This document shows, piece after piece, positions 45,124 through 54,585 of a stretch of DNA of 64,000 nt. The translations under genes were made by a program, and so were the position numbers. Origin of the DNA: Candidatus Woesearchaeota archaeon (GTDB taxonomy: Archaea; Nanobdellota; Nanobdellia; Woesearchaeales; GW2011-AR9); NCBI GenBank assembly GCA_016179955.1, contig JACPCD010000007.1, positions 5,907 through 69,906 on the forward strand, in the 5' to 3' direction. The notes under the pieces were generated by a model. That model had not been told where the DNA came from and made no database searches. It saw only the letters and a program-made list of their open reading frames with translations. The first letter of the stretch is position 1, and each line of letters opens with the position of its first letter.

Positions 45124-45662
45124 ATGTCTTTTCCTGCTTTATGGATAATGTAACAGCCGTCCTGGAATATCCGCCGGTCGCGCTGGGTGATGCGGCACAA
45201 ACTTTCAATTCTCGCCGCCATCTGTCCCGCAATATCCTTATCGGGACTGGTAACGGTGATTTCCTTTTCCTTCACTTCCACTGTTGATCCCGGTAAGATG
45301 CCCACTTTCCGGGGAACGCTTTCTCCCAGGAAATTCTTGATTACGAACTCCGCGCCAGCGACGGCCACGCTCATGGGGAAGTGGCCGGAACAAATTTTCA
45401 GCTTGTAAAGATGCGGTTCCTGCACCCCTTTGACGCTGTTCAGGATATGGGACTCAAACGAGCCCACGATCGTTTTTTCTTTCTTCGTTCCCCGGGACGC
45501 CGTAAGCACCACCTTAGTTCCTTCCACCGCCACCGTTACCTTGGGATGCGTAAAGTCTTGCATCACTTCTCCCCGTGGGCCTTTGATGGTAAGCACGCTG
45601 CCGTGCAACGTAGCCGTAACGCCTTGGTCCAATGCAATTTCCCGGCGAATGGTATTTTTCAT
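45120..45662 (-). CDS. rpl6: 50S ribosomal protein L6 (uL6)
   Basis: GVTATLHGSVLTIKGPRGEV. Confidence 0.9.
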   Translation of the reverse strand: MKNTIRREIALDQGVTATLHGSVLTIKGPRGEVMQDFTHPKVTVAVEGTKVVLTASRGTKKEKTIVGSFESHILNSVKGVQEPHLYKLKICSGHFPMSVAVAGAEFVIKNFLGESVPRKVGILPGSTVEVKEKEITVTSPDKDIAGQMAARIESLCRITQRDRRIFQDGCYIIHKAGKDI

Positions 45663-45728
45663 TTTTATTTTTTAATGTTGAGTATTTTATGTTGAGTGGT
45701 GTTGTTTTGTGATTATAATGCACGCACG

Positions 45729-46118
45729 TCAATAACAGTACGCCAACAGCCGCCCCCCAATGGCGTGTTGTTTCGCTTGTGTATGCGTCATGATGCCTCG
45801 TGAGGTGGAAACGATCAGGATGCCAAAGTCTTTGGCCGGCAGATGCCGTTTTTCCCACTTCTCAAATTCGTTCCACTTGGTTGAAAATCGGGGCTTGATG
45901 ACCCCGCAGTTGTTGATGTTTCCCAAGAGGTTAATTTTAAGCGAGCCGCCGCGCTCGTCCACACTCTCTTCAAATGAGCCCAGGTAATTATGCTCATTCA
46001 TAATCCGCAGGACGGTTTTAATCATAGTCGATGCTGGTTTTACAAGTACCTCACGCTTGCCGACACGTTCTGCATTCAGCACATTCGACAACGTTGCTGC
46101 CAAGGGGTCATGTAACAT
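45729..46118 (-). CDS. rps8: 30S ribosomal protein S8 (uS8)
   Basis: DPLAATLSNVLNAERVGKREVLVKPAS. Confidence 0.9.
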   Translation of the reverse strand: MLHDPLAATLSNVLNAERVGKREVLVKPASTMIKTVLRIMNEHNYLGSFEESVDERGGSLKINLLGNINNCGVIKPRFSTKWNEFEKWEKRHLPAKDFGILIVSTSRGIMTHTQAKQHAIGGRLLAYCY

Positions 46119-46131
46119 GTTGATATCCTCA

Positions 46132-46362
46132 TTAACTAAATTTTTTGAATCCTAAGCCCACTGCCATCTCGCGGAAACATTGCCGGCACAGGTGCAGGCC
46201 ATACTTGTTGATGTGGCCTCTAATCCTTCCGCAGTTGCGGCACCGCCGCAGGGATGTGCCGCAGGATCGTTCCTTGGGACTATTGAACTTGACGAACTTT
46301 GCTCTCTTGATAGGCTTATGGTCCAGCTGTTTGAACACTTTCTTATAATCGCTATAGGACAT
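46132..46362 (-). CDS. rps14: 30S ribosomal protein S14 (uS14, zinc-binding type)
   Basis: [25 protein letters not shown]. Confidence 0.8.
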   Translation of the reverse strand: MSYSDYKKVFKQLDHKPIKRAKFVKFNSPKERSCGTSLRRCRNCGRIRGHINKYGLHLCRQCFREMAVGLGFKKFS

Positions 46363-46364
46363 AG

Positions 46365-46871
46365 TTAATGGACCTCCACGCCCAGGCTTCGCGCAAAGGC
46401 CATGGACTCTTCTTTGGTGATGCGGTGCGCCTTGCCAATGGGAGACGGCCGAACCTTGCGCCGCGATACCCGAAATCCTGGCCGGCCCAGTGTCACCGCT
46501 ACTTCTAACCCTAATATTTTCAACTCTGGATCATAACTTAACCCGGCAATGTCAATGTATTCCGGAATGCCAAAGGAAAAATTTCCCGACTGGTCAAAAT
46601 TCTTTTCCTCCAATACATTTCCTTTTGCTGCTAGCAGGCGCTTCAGCAGCGCATCGCAATCATCCCGGATCGTCACTTTACAGCCGATAGCTAATCCCGG
46701 CCGCAATCCCCAACCCGGAATCCTCTTTCGAGTAGTAGTCTTTACCGGCGCCGTGGGAGATAATTTCTGCAGCAGCTGCAGCCCTTTCTTTAACATATCC
46801 TCATTCTTCCCGGCACCGATATTTAAGGTAATCTTATCGATCCGGATGATTTTCATAATAGTGGTAGTCAT
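46365..46871 (-). CDS. rpl5: 50S ribosomal protein L5 (uL5)
   Basis: [22 protein letters not shown]...[15 protein letters not shown]. Confidence 0.9.
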   Translation of the reverse strand: MTTTIMKIIRIDKITLNIGAGKNEDMLKKGLQLLQKLSPTAPVKTTTRKRIPGWGLRPGLAIGCKVTIRDDCDALLKRLLAAKGNVLEEKNFDQSGNFSFGIPEYIDIAGLSYDPELKILGLEVAVTLGRPGFRVSRRKVRPSPIGKAHRITKEESMAFARSLGVEVH

Positions 46872-46876
46872 GGTAG

Positions 46877-47569
46877 TTATGGTGTTGTTCGCAAAGCAAT
46901 CACTGGTTTTCCGTGCCCCAGGACAAACAAGTACTTTTTCAACGTATCGACATCTCCGCCGTCCGCAGCATAGGTCACTTCTCCCCCTTTTATGCTTTTG
47001 AGCACGCCGACGTCACCGGCCCGTCGTCCTCGGGTTACAAAGACCGTCGCTCCCGGCTTTAATGGTAGGATTTCTTTGGCCTGTAGCGAAGGTAAATCTA
47101 GCAGCACCGTATCCCCAACTCGGGCAGCGCCATCAAGGAACACGTTCTTGCCGTCATGGAGATTATATTGTATCTTTCCGCCCCGCATGACTGATTTGCC
47201 GACAACTTGGCAGGGTTTAAGAGAACTTTCCGTAGCAGTAATCTCCTGCAGCAGCAAACGTCCCTTCTGATCCAGCAGGAAACGATAATTTTTCTTCAGC
47301 GGCGTTATGCTGAGCACGTCAAACAGCCCGACAATGTGCCGGTGGTCAGTCCGGCGCACGCCGTCAACTAAAATTTCGCTGCCGTGGATAAGCTTCTTGG
47401 CTTCCGCAAGAGTTTTGGTAAGGTGCAGCACATCGCGGATGACGACACCGAGCGGCATACCCATGTCTAATGAATGGGCACCCGGATTAGGACGGAGCAC
47501 AAAGGTTGTTCCTTTCCGGCTGAAGTTCCATTGTTTAGGCGCCGTGAGCCGTTTTAAGTGATTTTTCAT
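46877..47569 (-). CDS. rps4e: 30S ribosomal protein S4e
   Basis: HLKRLTAPKQWNFSRKGTTFVLRPNPGAHSL. Confidence 0.9.
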   Translation of the reverse strand: MKNHLKRLTAPKQWNFSRKGTTFVLRPNPGAHSLDMGMPLGVVIRDVLHLTKTLAEAKKLIHGSEILVDGVRRTDHRHIVGLFDVLSITPLKKNYRFLLDQKGRLLLQEITATESSLKPCQVVGKSVMRGGKIQYNLHDGKNVFLDGAARVGDTVLLDLPSLQAKEILPLKPGATVFVTRGRRAGDVGVLKSIKGGEVTYAADGGDVDTLKKYLFVLGHGKPVIALRTTP

Positions 47570-48102
47570 TTTTTACCCTCGCGAGGAGGCATAGGTGGTG
47601 ATTTGGAGTATGATTTTGATGGAGCAGAGGAAACGTCGCTCTTCGCTGCAGTATTCTCCACACTTACTGGTTTTGCATTCTGGGTTTGAGGCGTGCCTGA
47701 ACGTTGAGTTGGATTTTTTGATTTCGATTCAACCTTTTGTTTCCGTCGGCGATCGTTGAGATCAAGCTCCACCAACAATAAAGTGGATGGATGCAGCGGA
47801 ACCGGCACTTTGGAACCATCTTTCTTGACGATTTCCGCGCCAGCAACCCTGACCGTTTCCCGTTTCAGATTGACCGATTCCACGCGTCCCTCTTTCCTTG
47901 CAAACCGGCCTCGGCAAATTTTCACTTTATCACCGACGCGCAGTTGCAGGTTACGGAACCCATATTTCTTCCGCAAGACGGCCGAGAGATGGACATGCAT
48001 CTGCTTCTGGCGCTGATGCAGCGGCGCAGTATACCTAAATTTGCGCTGCTTTCGCGGTTGAATGCTCCGTTTCCAGCTCAGGGTATAGGTTGAATCTTTC
48101 AT
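47566..48102 (-). CDS. rpl24: 50S ribosomal protein L24 (uL24, KOW) with a C-terminal extension
   Basis: SIQPRKQRKFRYTAPLHQRQKQMHVHLSAVLRKKYGFRNLQLRVGDKVKICRGRF. The start was trimmed to the internal Met. Confidence 0.85.
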   Translation of the reverse strand: MKDSTYTLSWKRSIQPRKQRKFRYTAPLHQRQKQMHVHLSAVLRKKYGFRNLQLRVGDKVKICRGRFARKEGRVESVNLKRETVRVAGAEIVKKDGSKVPVPLHPSTLLLVELDLNDRRRKQKVESKSKNPTQRSGTPQTQNAKPVSVENTAAKSDVSSAPSKSYSKSPPMPPREGKK

Positions 48103-48127
48103 AGGTAACATCACATAGTTAGTAACA

Positions 48128-48529
48128 TCATAACACCATGCTAGCCACTTTTGCCACCGCGGGCCAGCGCTCACTTATTTCCTTGGCAATGGGACCCTTG
48201 AAGATAGTTCCCTTTGGGTTCCCTTTGTCATCTTTCAATACTACTGCTGCATTATCCTCAAACTGCACTCTGGTTCCGTCGGGACGACGGAATTCCTTGG
48301 CCTGTCGCACGATGACTGCCGGTACCACTGTTTTCCTCATCTCCAATTTCCCTACTTTGACCGAGGCCATGACTAAATCACCCAGGCCGGCGGAAGGTAC
48401 TCGCCCACGAACCGTCTTATGACCCTTGACGGCCACGATCTTCAGGATCTTGGCGCCGGAATTATCACAGGCGACGACACGTGCCTGGATCGGCAGACTG
48501 CGGGTAATTTTGCTTTTGAGCGCTTTCAT
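48128..48529 (-). CDS. rpl14: 50S ribosomal protein L14 (uL14)
   Basis: IQARVVACDNSGAKILKIVAVKG. Confidence 0.9.
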   Translation of the reverse strand: MKALKSKITRSLPIQARVVACDNSGAKILKIVAVKGHKTVRGRVPSAGLGDLVMASVKVGKLEMRKTVVPAVIVRQAKEFRRPDGTRVQFEDNAAVVLKDDKGNPKGTIFKGPIAKEISERWPAVAKVASMVL

Positions 48530-48846
48530 GGGAGCACCTGGATGATTACGTGGTTCTTGGTTTTACTCAAGGGCCTGGTTCGCGCCACCATTACCTGAGC
48601 ACCGACGGCAGCATTCAGGCACGCCGGATTATGGACGCGCATGCGCACCCGCCGGACTTCATGCCGCTCGTATTTTGGAAGGTAATGCAGCCGATGCAGT
48701 TCGATCGTAGCGGAGTGATTGATGTCTTTCTTGATGACCTTCCCCTGGACCGTTTCTTTCTTTACCGTAAGGTCTCCGTGAAAAGGACATTTGACGTCCG
48801 TACATTCTTTTGCGGGTGCTGAAACACCCAATATGGTTTGTGGCAT
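48526..48846 (-). CDS. rps17: 30S ribosomal protein S17 (uS17)
   Basis: KCPFHGDLTVKKETVQGKVIK. Confidence 0.85.
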   Translation of the reverse strand: MPQTILGVSAPAKECTDVKCPFHGDLTVKKETVQGKVIKKDINHSATIELHRLHYLPKYERHEVRRVRMRVHNPACLNAAVGAQVMVARTRPLSKTKNHVIIQVLP

Positions 48847-48980
48847 GGTAATCTTTTGTTTTGGTATCGTTTTTTATCGTTTATTTTTATGTTCTTTGGT
48901 TTTTATGTTTGATTTTTTGTTTTCTTTGCCGTTTTTTGTTGTGAGTGATTATTGATTCCTTCTTTGCTTCTTGCTTACGT

Positions 48981-49250
48981 TCAGTTTCCTTTAAGCCGCT
49001 CGTGCGGCGCCCGGATCAGCTCTTTGCCGTTCAGGATCCGCCCGGATGTTGACAGCCGGAAGGTAATGGCATTCTTCAGCAGCACCGTGGACTTTCCGTC
49101 GTGCTCGATGACCAGCGTACTTTTGGTCTCATCGACGATTGTGCCCCGCAACCCCTGCAGTTGTTTGTTGGTGGACTGGATAACCTTGATGGACTCTCCA
49201 ATCAGCTCCCGGGGATACATGCGTGCCATGTTTTCACCGCCATGTGCCAT
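48981..49250 (-). CDS. rnp1: RNase P protein component 1 (Rpp29/Pop4)
   Basis: RELIGESIKVIQSTNKQLQGLRGTIVDETKSTLVI. Sits at the canonical archaeal position between rpl29/SUI1 and rps17. Confidence 0.75.
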   Translation of the reverse strand: MAHGGENMARMYPRELIGESIKVIQSTNKQLQGLRGTIVDETKSTLVIEHDGKSTVLLKNAITFRLSTSGRILNGKELIRAPHERLKGN

Positions 49251-49258
49251 GGCGATAA

Positions 49259-49564
49259 TTATTGGACCTCAATGGTCTCATCCGGGAAACCCAGCTCCAG
49301 CAAGATGCTTTTCGCCCGGGCTTTATGGTCCCCCTGCAATTCCAGCTGGTCGTTCTTGGCCGTTCCGCCGCAGGCCAGCTTGGTTTTGAGCATCCGTAAT
49401 ATGTCGTCGATGTTAGCTTCTTTGTTGATGCCGATGATGATGGTATATTTTTTTCCGAATTTTCGCTTCTCCACCAGCACCGTTATCTTTTGCTGCTCGC
49501 GGGCGATGGTTTCGCAGACGCACAGGTCTTGGGGTAATCCGCACTGATTGCATACTCCGACCAT
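49259..49564 (-). CDS. sui1: Translation initiation factor SUI1 (aIF1)
   Basis: QQKITVLVEKRKFGKKYTIIIGI...GGTAKNDQLELQGDH. Confidence 0.8.
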   Translation of the reverse strand: MVGVCNQCGLPQDLCVCETIAREQQKITVLVEKRKFGKKYTIIIGINKEANIDDILRMLKTKLACGGTAKNDQLELQGDHKARAKSILLELGFPDETIEVQ

Positions 49565-49568
49565 GGCG

Positions 49569-49772
49569 TTATTGAACCACCTCGTGCTGATGCAGCAGGG
49601 CCCGCATCCGGGCCAGGCTCTTTTTGATCTGCTTCAACTTGCCGGGATTTGCCGGCGCAGTGCCGGTGGATACTTGCGAATTAAGTTTCATGAGTTCTTT
49701 TTTCATTTCCCGGCTGCGTGATTTTAATTCGTCGGATGACAGCCCTTTCAGCTCTTTCATTATTTTACTCAT
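49569..49772 (-). CDS. rpl29: 50S ribosomal protein L29 (uL29)
   Basis: KELKGLSSDELKSRSREMKKELMKLNSQ. Confidence 0.8.
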   Translation of the reverse strand: MSKIMKELKGLSSDELKSRSREMKKELMKLNSQVSTGTAPANPGKLKQIKKSLARMRALLHQHEVVQ

Positions 49773-50551
49773 GGGGATGGCTCTGCCGCAGCAGCCTCTG
49801 TGGATGGTTCTGATACGGTACTTTCCGGCACGGGATTTTCAGCAACGGCCGCCGGTTCTTTCTTGGCTGGTTTTTTGCGTGATGATTTCCGTTTCACACT
49901 TCCTTTTTTCTTGGCCACGTCGGGGGAAGCAACAACCTCAGCAACCTGCACCGGCTCGTCCAGGATGTCAATGTGATCCGGCAGTTGAATATCCGGCGGC
50001 ATGATCGCTACCTTTATACCGATTATGCCGCTCTTCAGCAACGCCGCAGTTTGCGCTTTACGAACCCCGGCGACCGCGATGTCCCCGCATTTTTTCAGAT
50101 ACCCTTGATAAAAGCGCCAGCTCTTAGCTCGGGCACCGGGAAGCTTTCCGGAAATGATGACTTCGATTCCCAGCGCACCGGAATTAATGACATTTTCCAT
50201 GATCTTATGCCCGACGCCTTTGAAACGTGCTGAGCCAAAACGCTCCAACGATGTCGCTATTTTCTCCGCCACAATATGGGCATCGAGGAAGATGTCCCGC
50301 ACTTCGGCAATCTCAATCTGCGGATTTTCCAGGTTAAATTCTTTCTTGAGTATCCGCGTAAGGTCCTTGATGTTAGACCCTTTCGAACCGACCACTAAAC
50401 TCGGCCGGGAGGTATGGATAATAATTTTTTCCCCCAACGGAATTTTTTTAAGCTTGATTTCGGAAATGCCCACATTATTGAGTTTCTGCTGGATGAATTT
50501 CTTAATGTAAAACTCCTTCGTCTTCTGGGCAATGAATTCACGCTCAATCAT
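49769..50551 (-). CDS. rps3: 30S ribosomal protein S3 (uS3) with a proline/alanine/glutamate-rich C-terminal tail
   Basis: KH domain region and FIQQKLNNVGISEIKLKKIPLGEKIIIHTSRPSLVVGSKGSNI. Confidence 0.9.
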   Translation of the reverse strand: MIEREFIAQKTKEFYIKKFIQQKLNNVGISEIKLKKIPLGEKIIIHTSRPSLVVGSKGSNIKDLTRILKKEFNLENPQIEIAEVRDIFLDAHIVAEKIATSLERFGSARFKGVGHKIMENVINSGALGIEVIISGKLPGARAKSWRFYQGYLKKCGDIAVAGVRKAQTAALLKSGIIGIKVAIMPPDIQLPDHIDILDEPVQVAEVVASPDVAKKKGSVKRKSSRKKPAKKEPAAVAENPVPESTVSEPSTEAAAAEPSP

Positions 50552-51057
50552 GGTGTACCGTCCGATTTTTTTCCTTCCGCAGCCTTTTTCTCAGACGTTG
50601 GTTTATTGCTTTTGGATTTATCAGCTTTAATTTTGGCACTCCCTTCCTGCACTTCAATCTCAATGTGGCTGCGCTTGTGGCGATGGCGTAGCCGTCCTCC
50701 CGAAAACGGCGTAGAGGCTTTGTTCACCACCAATTTGGTAATCTTGAGGCTGGAACTGTTGAGCCCTTTCACCTGGGCATTTGCTTCAACGGCTTTGACA
50801 AGCCGCAGCATGAACCCGGCTGCTTTCTGGGGAAAACGGCCCGCACCAATGCCCGGCTTATGCCCTAAATCTTTAGTGAATCGGCGATAGGGAACTGCCC
50901 GCCGCAGGGCGATGACTTCCTCCAACATTATTTTAGCCCGCGCCGTGCTGTGGTAGCGCAGGTAATTGCTTAATTCAATACCTTGCTTTGAAGAAACCGG
51001 AACGTTGAGCGCACGAGCTACCGCAACGGCAGTTGTCGTGTTGTTTTTAGGGTTCAT
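50548..51057 (-). CDS. rpl22: 50S ribosomal protein L22 (uL22)
   Basis: AVARALNVPVSSKQGIELSNYLR. Confidence 0.85.
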   Translation of the reverse strand: MNPKNNTTTAVAVARALNVPVSSKQGIELSNYLRYHSTARAKIMLEEVIALRRAVPYRRFTKDLGHKPGIGAGRFPQKAAGFMLRLVKAVEANAQVKGLNSSSLKITKLVVNKASTPFSGGRLRHRHKRSHIEIEVQEGSAKIKADKSKSNKPTSEKKAAEGKKSDGTP

Positions 51058-51059
51058 GG

Positions 51060-51440
51060 TTATCGTGCGGAAATCGCCTTGCTTGATCTGGTAGCGCCGA
51101 TACCAGCGGAGCTATGCGTTACTGGCTTTCTGGTCATGGCAAACTCGCCCAGGTAATGCCCCAGCATATCGGGACTTATGCTGACCGGTTCCCAGTCTTT
51201 GCCGTTATGGATGCGGAACATTTTACCGACCATGCTGGGCAGTATTACCATGTCCCGGCAATGGGTTTTGATGTTATTGTCGCCGGCAGCAATGCGCCGG
51301 AGCAGGCTTTTCTGCGCCTCTGTAAATCCGCGCTTTAAGGAGCGTCGCGATCTTGCGGGAACGAGCTTCATGAAGACGTTGACATCCAGCCCTGTAAGTT
51401 CTGATTCCGTTTTTCCATGCCAGGTATATTGTTTTGCCAT
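51060..51440 (-). CDS. rps19: 30S ribosomal protein S19 (uS19)
   Basis: GKDWEPVSISPDMLGHYLGEFAMTRKPVTHSSAG. Confidence 0.9.
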   Translation of the reverse strand: MAKQYTWHGKTESELTGLDVNVFMKLVPARSRRSLKRGFTEAQKSLLRRIAAGDNNIKTHCRDMVILPSMVGKMFRIHNGKDWEPVSISPDMLGHYLGEFAMTRKPVTHSSAGIGATRSSKAISAR

Positions 51441-51446
51441 GTTATT

Positions 51447-51767
51447 TTAATAAGTACCGTCTATTTGCGTGAAGACCATACGGGAACCATCCCTATACCG
51501 AAGTTCTTCCCGTTCAACAACAGGAGAACCAGATTCGCAACGATAGATAGTTCTTTTTGCCGGCCATAATGCTTCTTGATGTAGCAGGATACCAGCAATA
51601 TGGTATTGTTTGAAGTTCATTTCTACAGTATTATATGTCTGGGCACCAGATTCACAACTTTTGCCGAGATGCCACGTAGCCATCTCTGTTTTAGTAGTAC
51701 AACTACCTAATAGGCCTGTGATTCCCAATCCTGTTACAAAACCAATCCTTTGAAGTAAGTCTTTCAT
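51447..51767 (-). CDS. Small lipoprotein-like hypothetical protein inserted between rpl2 and rps19
   Basis: 106 aa. Signal peptide with a lipobox-like LLGSC. No homologue was recognised, and this position is normally gene-free in archaeal S10/spc clusters. Confidence 0.4.
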   Translation of the reverse strand: MKDLLQRIGFVTGLGITGLLGSCTTKTEMATWHLGKSCESGAQTYNTVEMNFKQYHIAGILLHQEALWPAKRTIYRCESGSPVVEREELRYRDGSRMVFTQIDGTY

Positions 51768-51769
51768 AG

Positions 51770-52468
51770 TTATCGTTTCCTTCCCGTCCGCCGTGGCGCA
51801 ATTTTCCCCACTTTCCGTCCTGGGGGTGCGCTACGAGGTGATTGCGTCGGCCGGCCTTTGATGTGCGAGCTGCTGCCGCCAAATGGATGATCGACTGCGT
51901 TCATAGATACCCCACAGACACGAGGATAGAGCTTATTGCGCGCCCGCATCTTCAGGGCTCGAGTACCCGCTTTCAAAAACGGCTTGTCTAATCTCCCGGA
52001 ACCAGCGATGATGCCAATGGCAGCACGGCAATCCCCGCCCAAAGTTTTTTCCTTGCGTGACGGAAGTTTTACGCAAACTGTTGCATCGGTCTTGGAGACA
52101 ATGCGGGCAAAGCAACCAGAGGTCCTGACTAATTTCCCACCGTCACCCGGGCGCAGCTCAATATTATGAATGAACGTTCCTTCCGGGATGCTCTTCAGGG
52201 GCAAGACGTTCCCTTCCCGAATCTCCACTGCCCCCACTATCTGTAATGAATCGCCAATCTTGATGCCTTCGGGGGCTGCCGTCAGTGCGGTCTCACCCGA
52301 TGTACAGGCTATTTCCATCAATGGTGCACTGTGCGCCGGGCAATGGACAATATCGGTGACGATGCCGTTGCTTGCAGCATGATGTATTGGCCCAACATAG
52401 CGGTGGCCGGGGGTGCGATAGGTGTTCGTTCCCCGTCCCCGTCGTTGTTGGATAAGTCGTTTTCCCAT
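51770..52468 (-). CDS. rpl2: 50S ribosomal protein L2 (uL2)
   Basis: VDHPFGGSSSHIKGRPTQ. Confidence 0.9.
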   Translation of the reverse strand: MGKRLIQQRRGRGTNTYRTPGHRYVGPIHHAASNGIVTDIVHCPAHSAPLMEIACTSGETALTAAPEGIKIGDSLQIVGAVEIREGNVLPLKSIPEGTFIHNIELRPGDGGKLVRTSGCFARIVSKTDATVCVKLPSRKEKTLGGDCRAAIGIIAGSGRLDKPFLKAGTRALKMRARNKLYPRVCGVSMNAVDHPFGGSSSHIKGRPTQSPRSAPPGRKVGKIAPRRTGRKR

Positions 52469-52475
52469 AGTGTAC

Positions 52476-52805
52476 CTAGATTAACCCCAATTCCGCGCTG
52501 ACGTCCGAGGCCAGGCTGCCTGGAGCCAGCTTAACATAGGCCCGTTTCTGCCCCGTGAACGCGTTTTGAATATTAACTTTTCGCACCTTGACTTTAAATA
52601 ACTCTTCCACGGCCTTCTTGACGTCCTGTTTGGTGGAGTGGGCATTGACTACAAAGGTCAAGGTATTTTCAAACTCAATCTGGCGGATGCTCTTCTCCGT
52701 CGAGAGCGGAAAGAGAATGACCTGATAAGGATCAAATAAGGGCTGGGGTAACGACTGATGCTTCCGGGAAACCGGTGCTTTGTCCGCAGCTTTTGTTGAT
52801 TTCAT
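52476..52805 (-). CDS. rpl23: 50S ribosomal protein L23 (uL23)
   Basis: ILFPLSTEKSIRQIEFENTLTFVV. Confidence 0.85.
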   Translation of the reverse strand: MKSTKAADKAPVSRKHQSLPQPLFDPYQVILFPLSTEKSIRQIEFENTLTFVVNAHSTKQDVKKAVEELFKVKVRKVNIQNAFTGQKRAYVKLAPGSLASDVSAELGLI

Positions 52806-53614
52806 GGTGTATTAAAAAATTTATGTTTCTGCAGCGCCTCAATGGCCTTTTCAGTCCACAAGGTGGCCCGTCCCGGACTTCCTCCAGGAGCTAAGAGTTC
52901 CGCATTCAGGCTCTTGGCAATGGCAATATCAACCCCAGGAATATTCTGGGCTGCGGTCATTAAAGGACAGGACTCGCTGACGACGATGAGCAGGCTTTTC
53001 TTGCGCTGATATGGACGCCCCCGGAGTTTTCCGATGCCGGCGCGGATGTTCTTATATTCTCCCCGCACTAATTCCTCGTGAAAGCCCAGTTTCTGCAGGA
53101 ACGCTTCGACATCTTTCGTTTTAGCCATGGCCTCGAAAGAAGAATCAATCAGGAAAGGATAAGGTAGAGGTATCTTATGCCCGCGCTGCCGAACGACGTC
53201 AGCGTTAACGGTGGCGGCAATGGCCGAGCGGATGGCTTTTTGATTTTCTTTGAAATTTATTTTCTGTACCCGTATTTTCCACGGTTTGGGAGGATGCGCC
53301 CGCCGTCCTCCTCTGGTCTGCGGTGAAAATGCACCCGCCCAGTTAAAGCGCGTTCCCCGACGGGAAAGTATCTTACGATTGACCCGGCTGATACCTAAGC
53401 CATAACTGCCCCGGTATTTTCGCCGGCGCTTACTCAGCTTGGAGGAATGACGCAAACCTGCTTCCTGAGATGACCCATACGGCTGCCGGGAACTGCTCTG
53501 CAGCGCATGCACTGCCCGCCGGATTAAATCCGGCCGATACGCTTCCTGGAATTGAGAAGGCAATTCTTTCTCGCCTCTCTTGACATTCTCTGCCGTAAGG
53601 ATGGGAAGTTTCAT
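52802..53614 (-). CDS. rpl4: 50S ribosomal protein L4 (uL4)
   Basis: 270 aa, collinear with the archaeal L4/L1e family. Confidence 0.85.
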   Translation of the reverse strand: MKLPILTAENVKRGEKELPSQFQEAYRPDLIRRAVHALQSSSRQPYGSSQEAGLRHSSKLSKRRRKYRGSYGLGISRVNRKILSRRGTRFNWAGAFSPQTRGGRRAHPPKPWKIRVQKINFKENQKAIRSAIAATVNADVVRQRGHKIPLPYPFLIDSSFEAMAKTKDVEAFLQKLGFHEELVRGEYKNIRAGIGKLRGRPYQRKKSLLIVVSESCPLMTAAQNIPGVDIAIAKSLNAELLAPGGSPGRATLWTEKAIEALQKHKFFNTP

Positions 53615-53616
53615 GG

Positions 53617-54585
53617 TTAATGCCGCCGCGAGAGGTACGTTATCTCTGGTGCCTCCGTGGGTATATTAGTATCAGGACGAAGCGCGTGCGTTAAGAAGAC
53701 GGCCCGTTTCTTGGGTCCCATGACCGAGCCTTTCACTAAAAGATATGGGTTCTTTACCAGGCCATAGCGGATGAATCCTCCCATAGGATTGACTTCATTT
53801 CCCTGTGCGCCAACTTTAAGCACGTGTTTGTTATATTCTGTTCGACTATGAAAGCCCATCTTGCCAGCCTGGGCGACGGTAAACTCAACCCGTTTGGGTG
53901 TCCAGGAACCTAGGGTGGCAATGCCCCGCTTGGTCTTCTCGGCTTTATGTTGCCGGATGGGAACACCATACCGCTTAACCGTCCCCTGAAATCCTTTGCC
54001 GATGGTGATGCCATGGACATCAATTAAATTTCCGGCGCTGACGACATCATTAATAGTAATCTCTTTCCCCAGCATCTCTTGGGCATAGCGTGCTTTCTCT
54101 TCCACGGTGCCGCCAATGGCAATTTCCTGCACTTGGGGCCGTTTACTGCCGCTGGCAATTAATGAGGGATGCGTCTGCACGATGAAGCGGAGATCGTCAT
54201 ACCCTTGGATACTCTCAAATGTCTTCCCCGCTTTTTTAGGTAGGGGAAATTTCTGGGCGAGGTGTGCCTCCAGTTTGGGAGCGGTGATAGATGCAAATTT
54301 CTGGATGCCGTACCCTGCTCGGCGGTAGAACGCAATGCCGATGACCGTTAATGGCGGACATTCCAGTATAGTTGCGGGGATCATGATTTTTTCGCCTTTC
54401 GTTAAGGATTTTGGGCGGTTATCAATAATCATCAGATGGGTCATCCCGGCTTTATAAGCGATAAAGCCTAATGGTTTAGATTTACCGTGGGCAGTCCAAG
54501 ACCTAATTCTAGCAACGGAATGGCGGGAGCGTTTCCGCGGCCAAAACTGCAAACTTCCCCGTCGTGGATGGCGTACATTACCCAT
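53617..54585 (-). CDS. rpl3: 50S ribosomal protein L3 (uL3)
   Basis: HPRRGSLQFWPRKR...GFIAYKAGMTH. Confidence 0.9.
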   Translation of the reverse strand: MGNVRHPRRGSLQFWPRKRSRHSVARIRSWTAHGKSKPLGFIAYKAGMTHLMIIDNRPKSLTKGEKIMIPATILECPPLTVIGIAFYRRAGYGIQKFASITAPKLEAHLAQKFPLPKKAGKTFESIQGYDDLRFIVQTHPSLIASGSKRPQVQEIAIGGTVEEKARYAQEMLGKEITINDVVSAGNLIDVHGITIGKGFQGTVKRYGVPIRQHKAEKTKRGIATLGSWTPKRVEFTVAQAGKMGFHSRTEYNKHVLKVGAQGNEVNPMGGFIRYGLVKNPYLLVKGSVMGPKKRAVFLTHALRPDTNIPTEAPEITYLSRRH

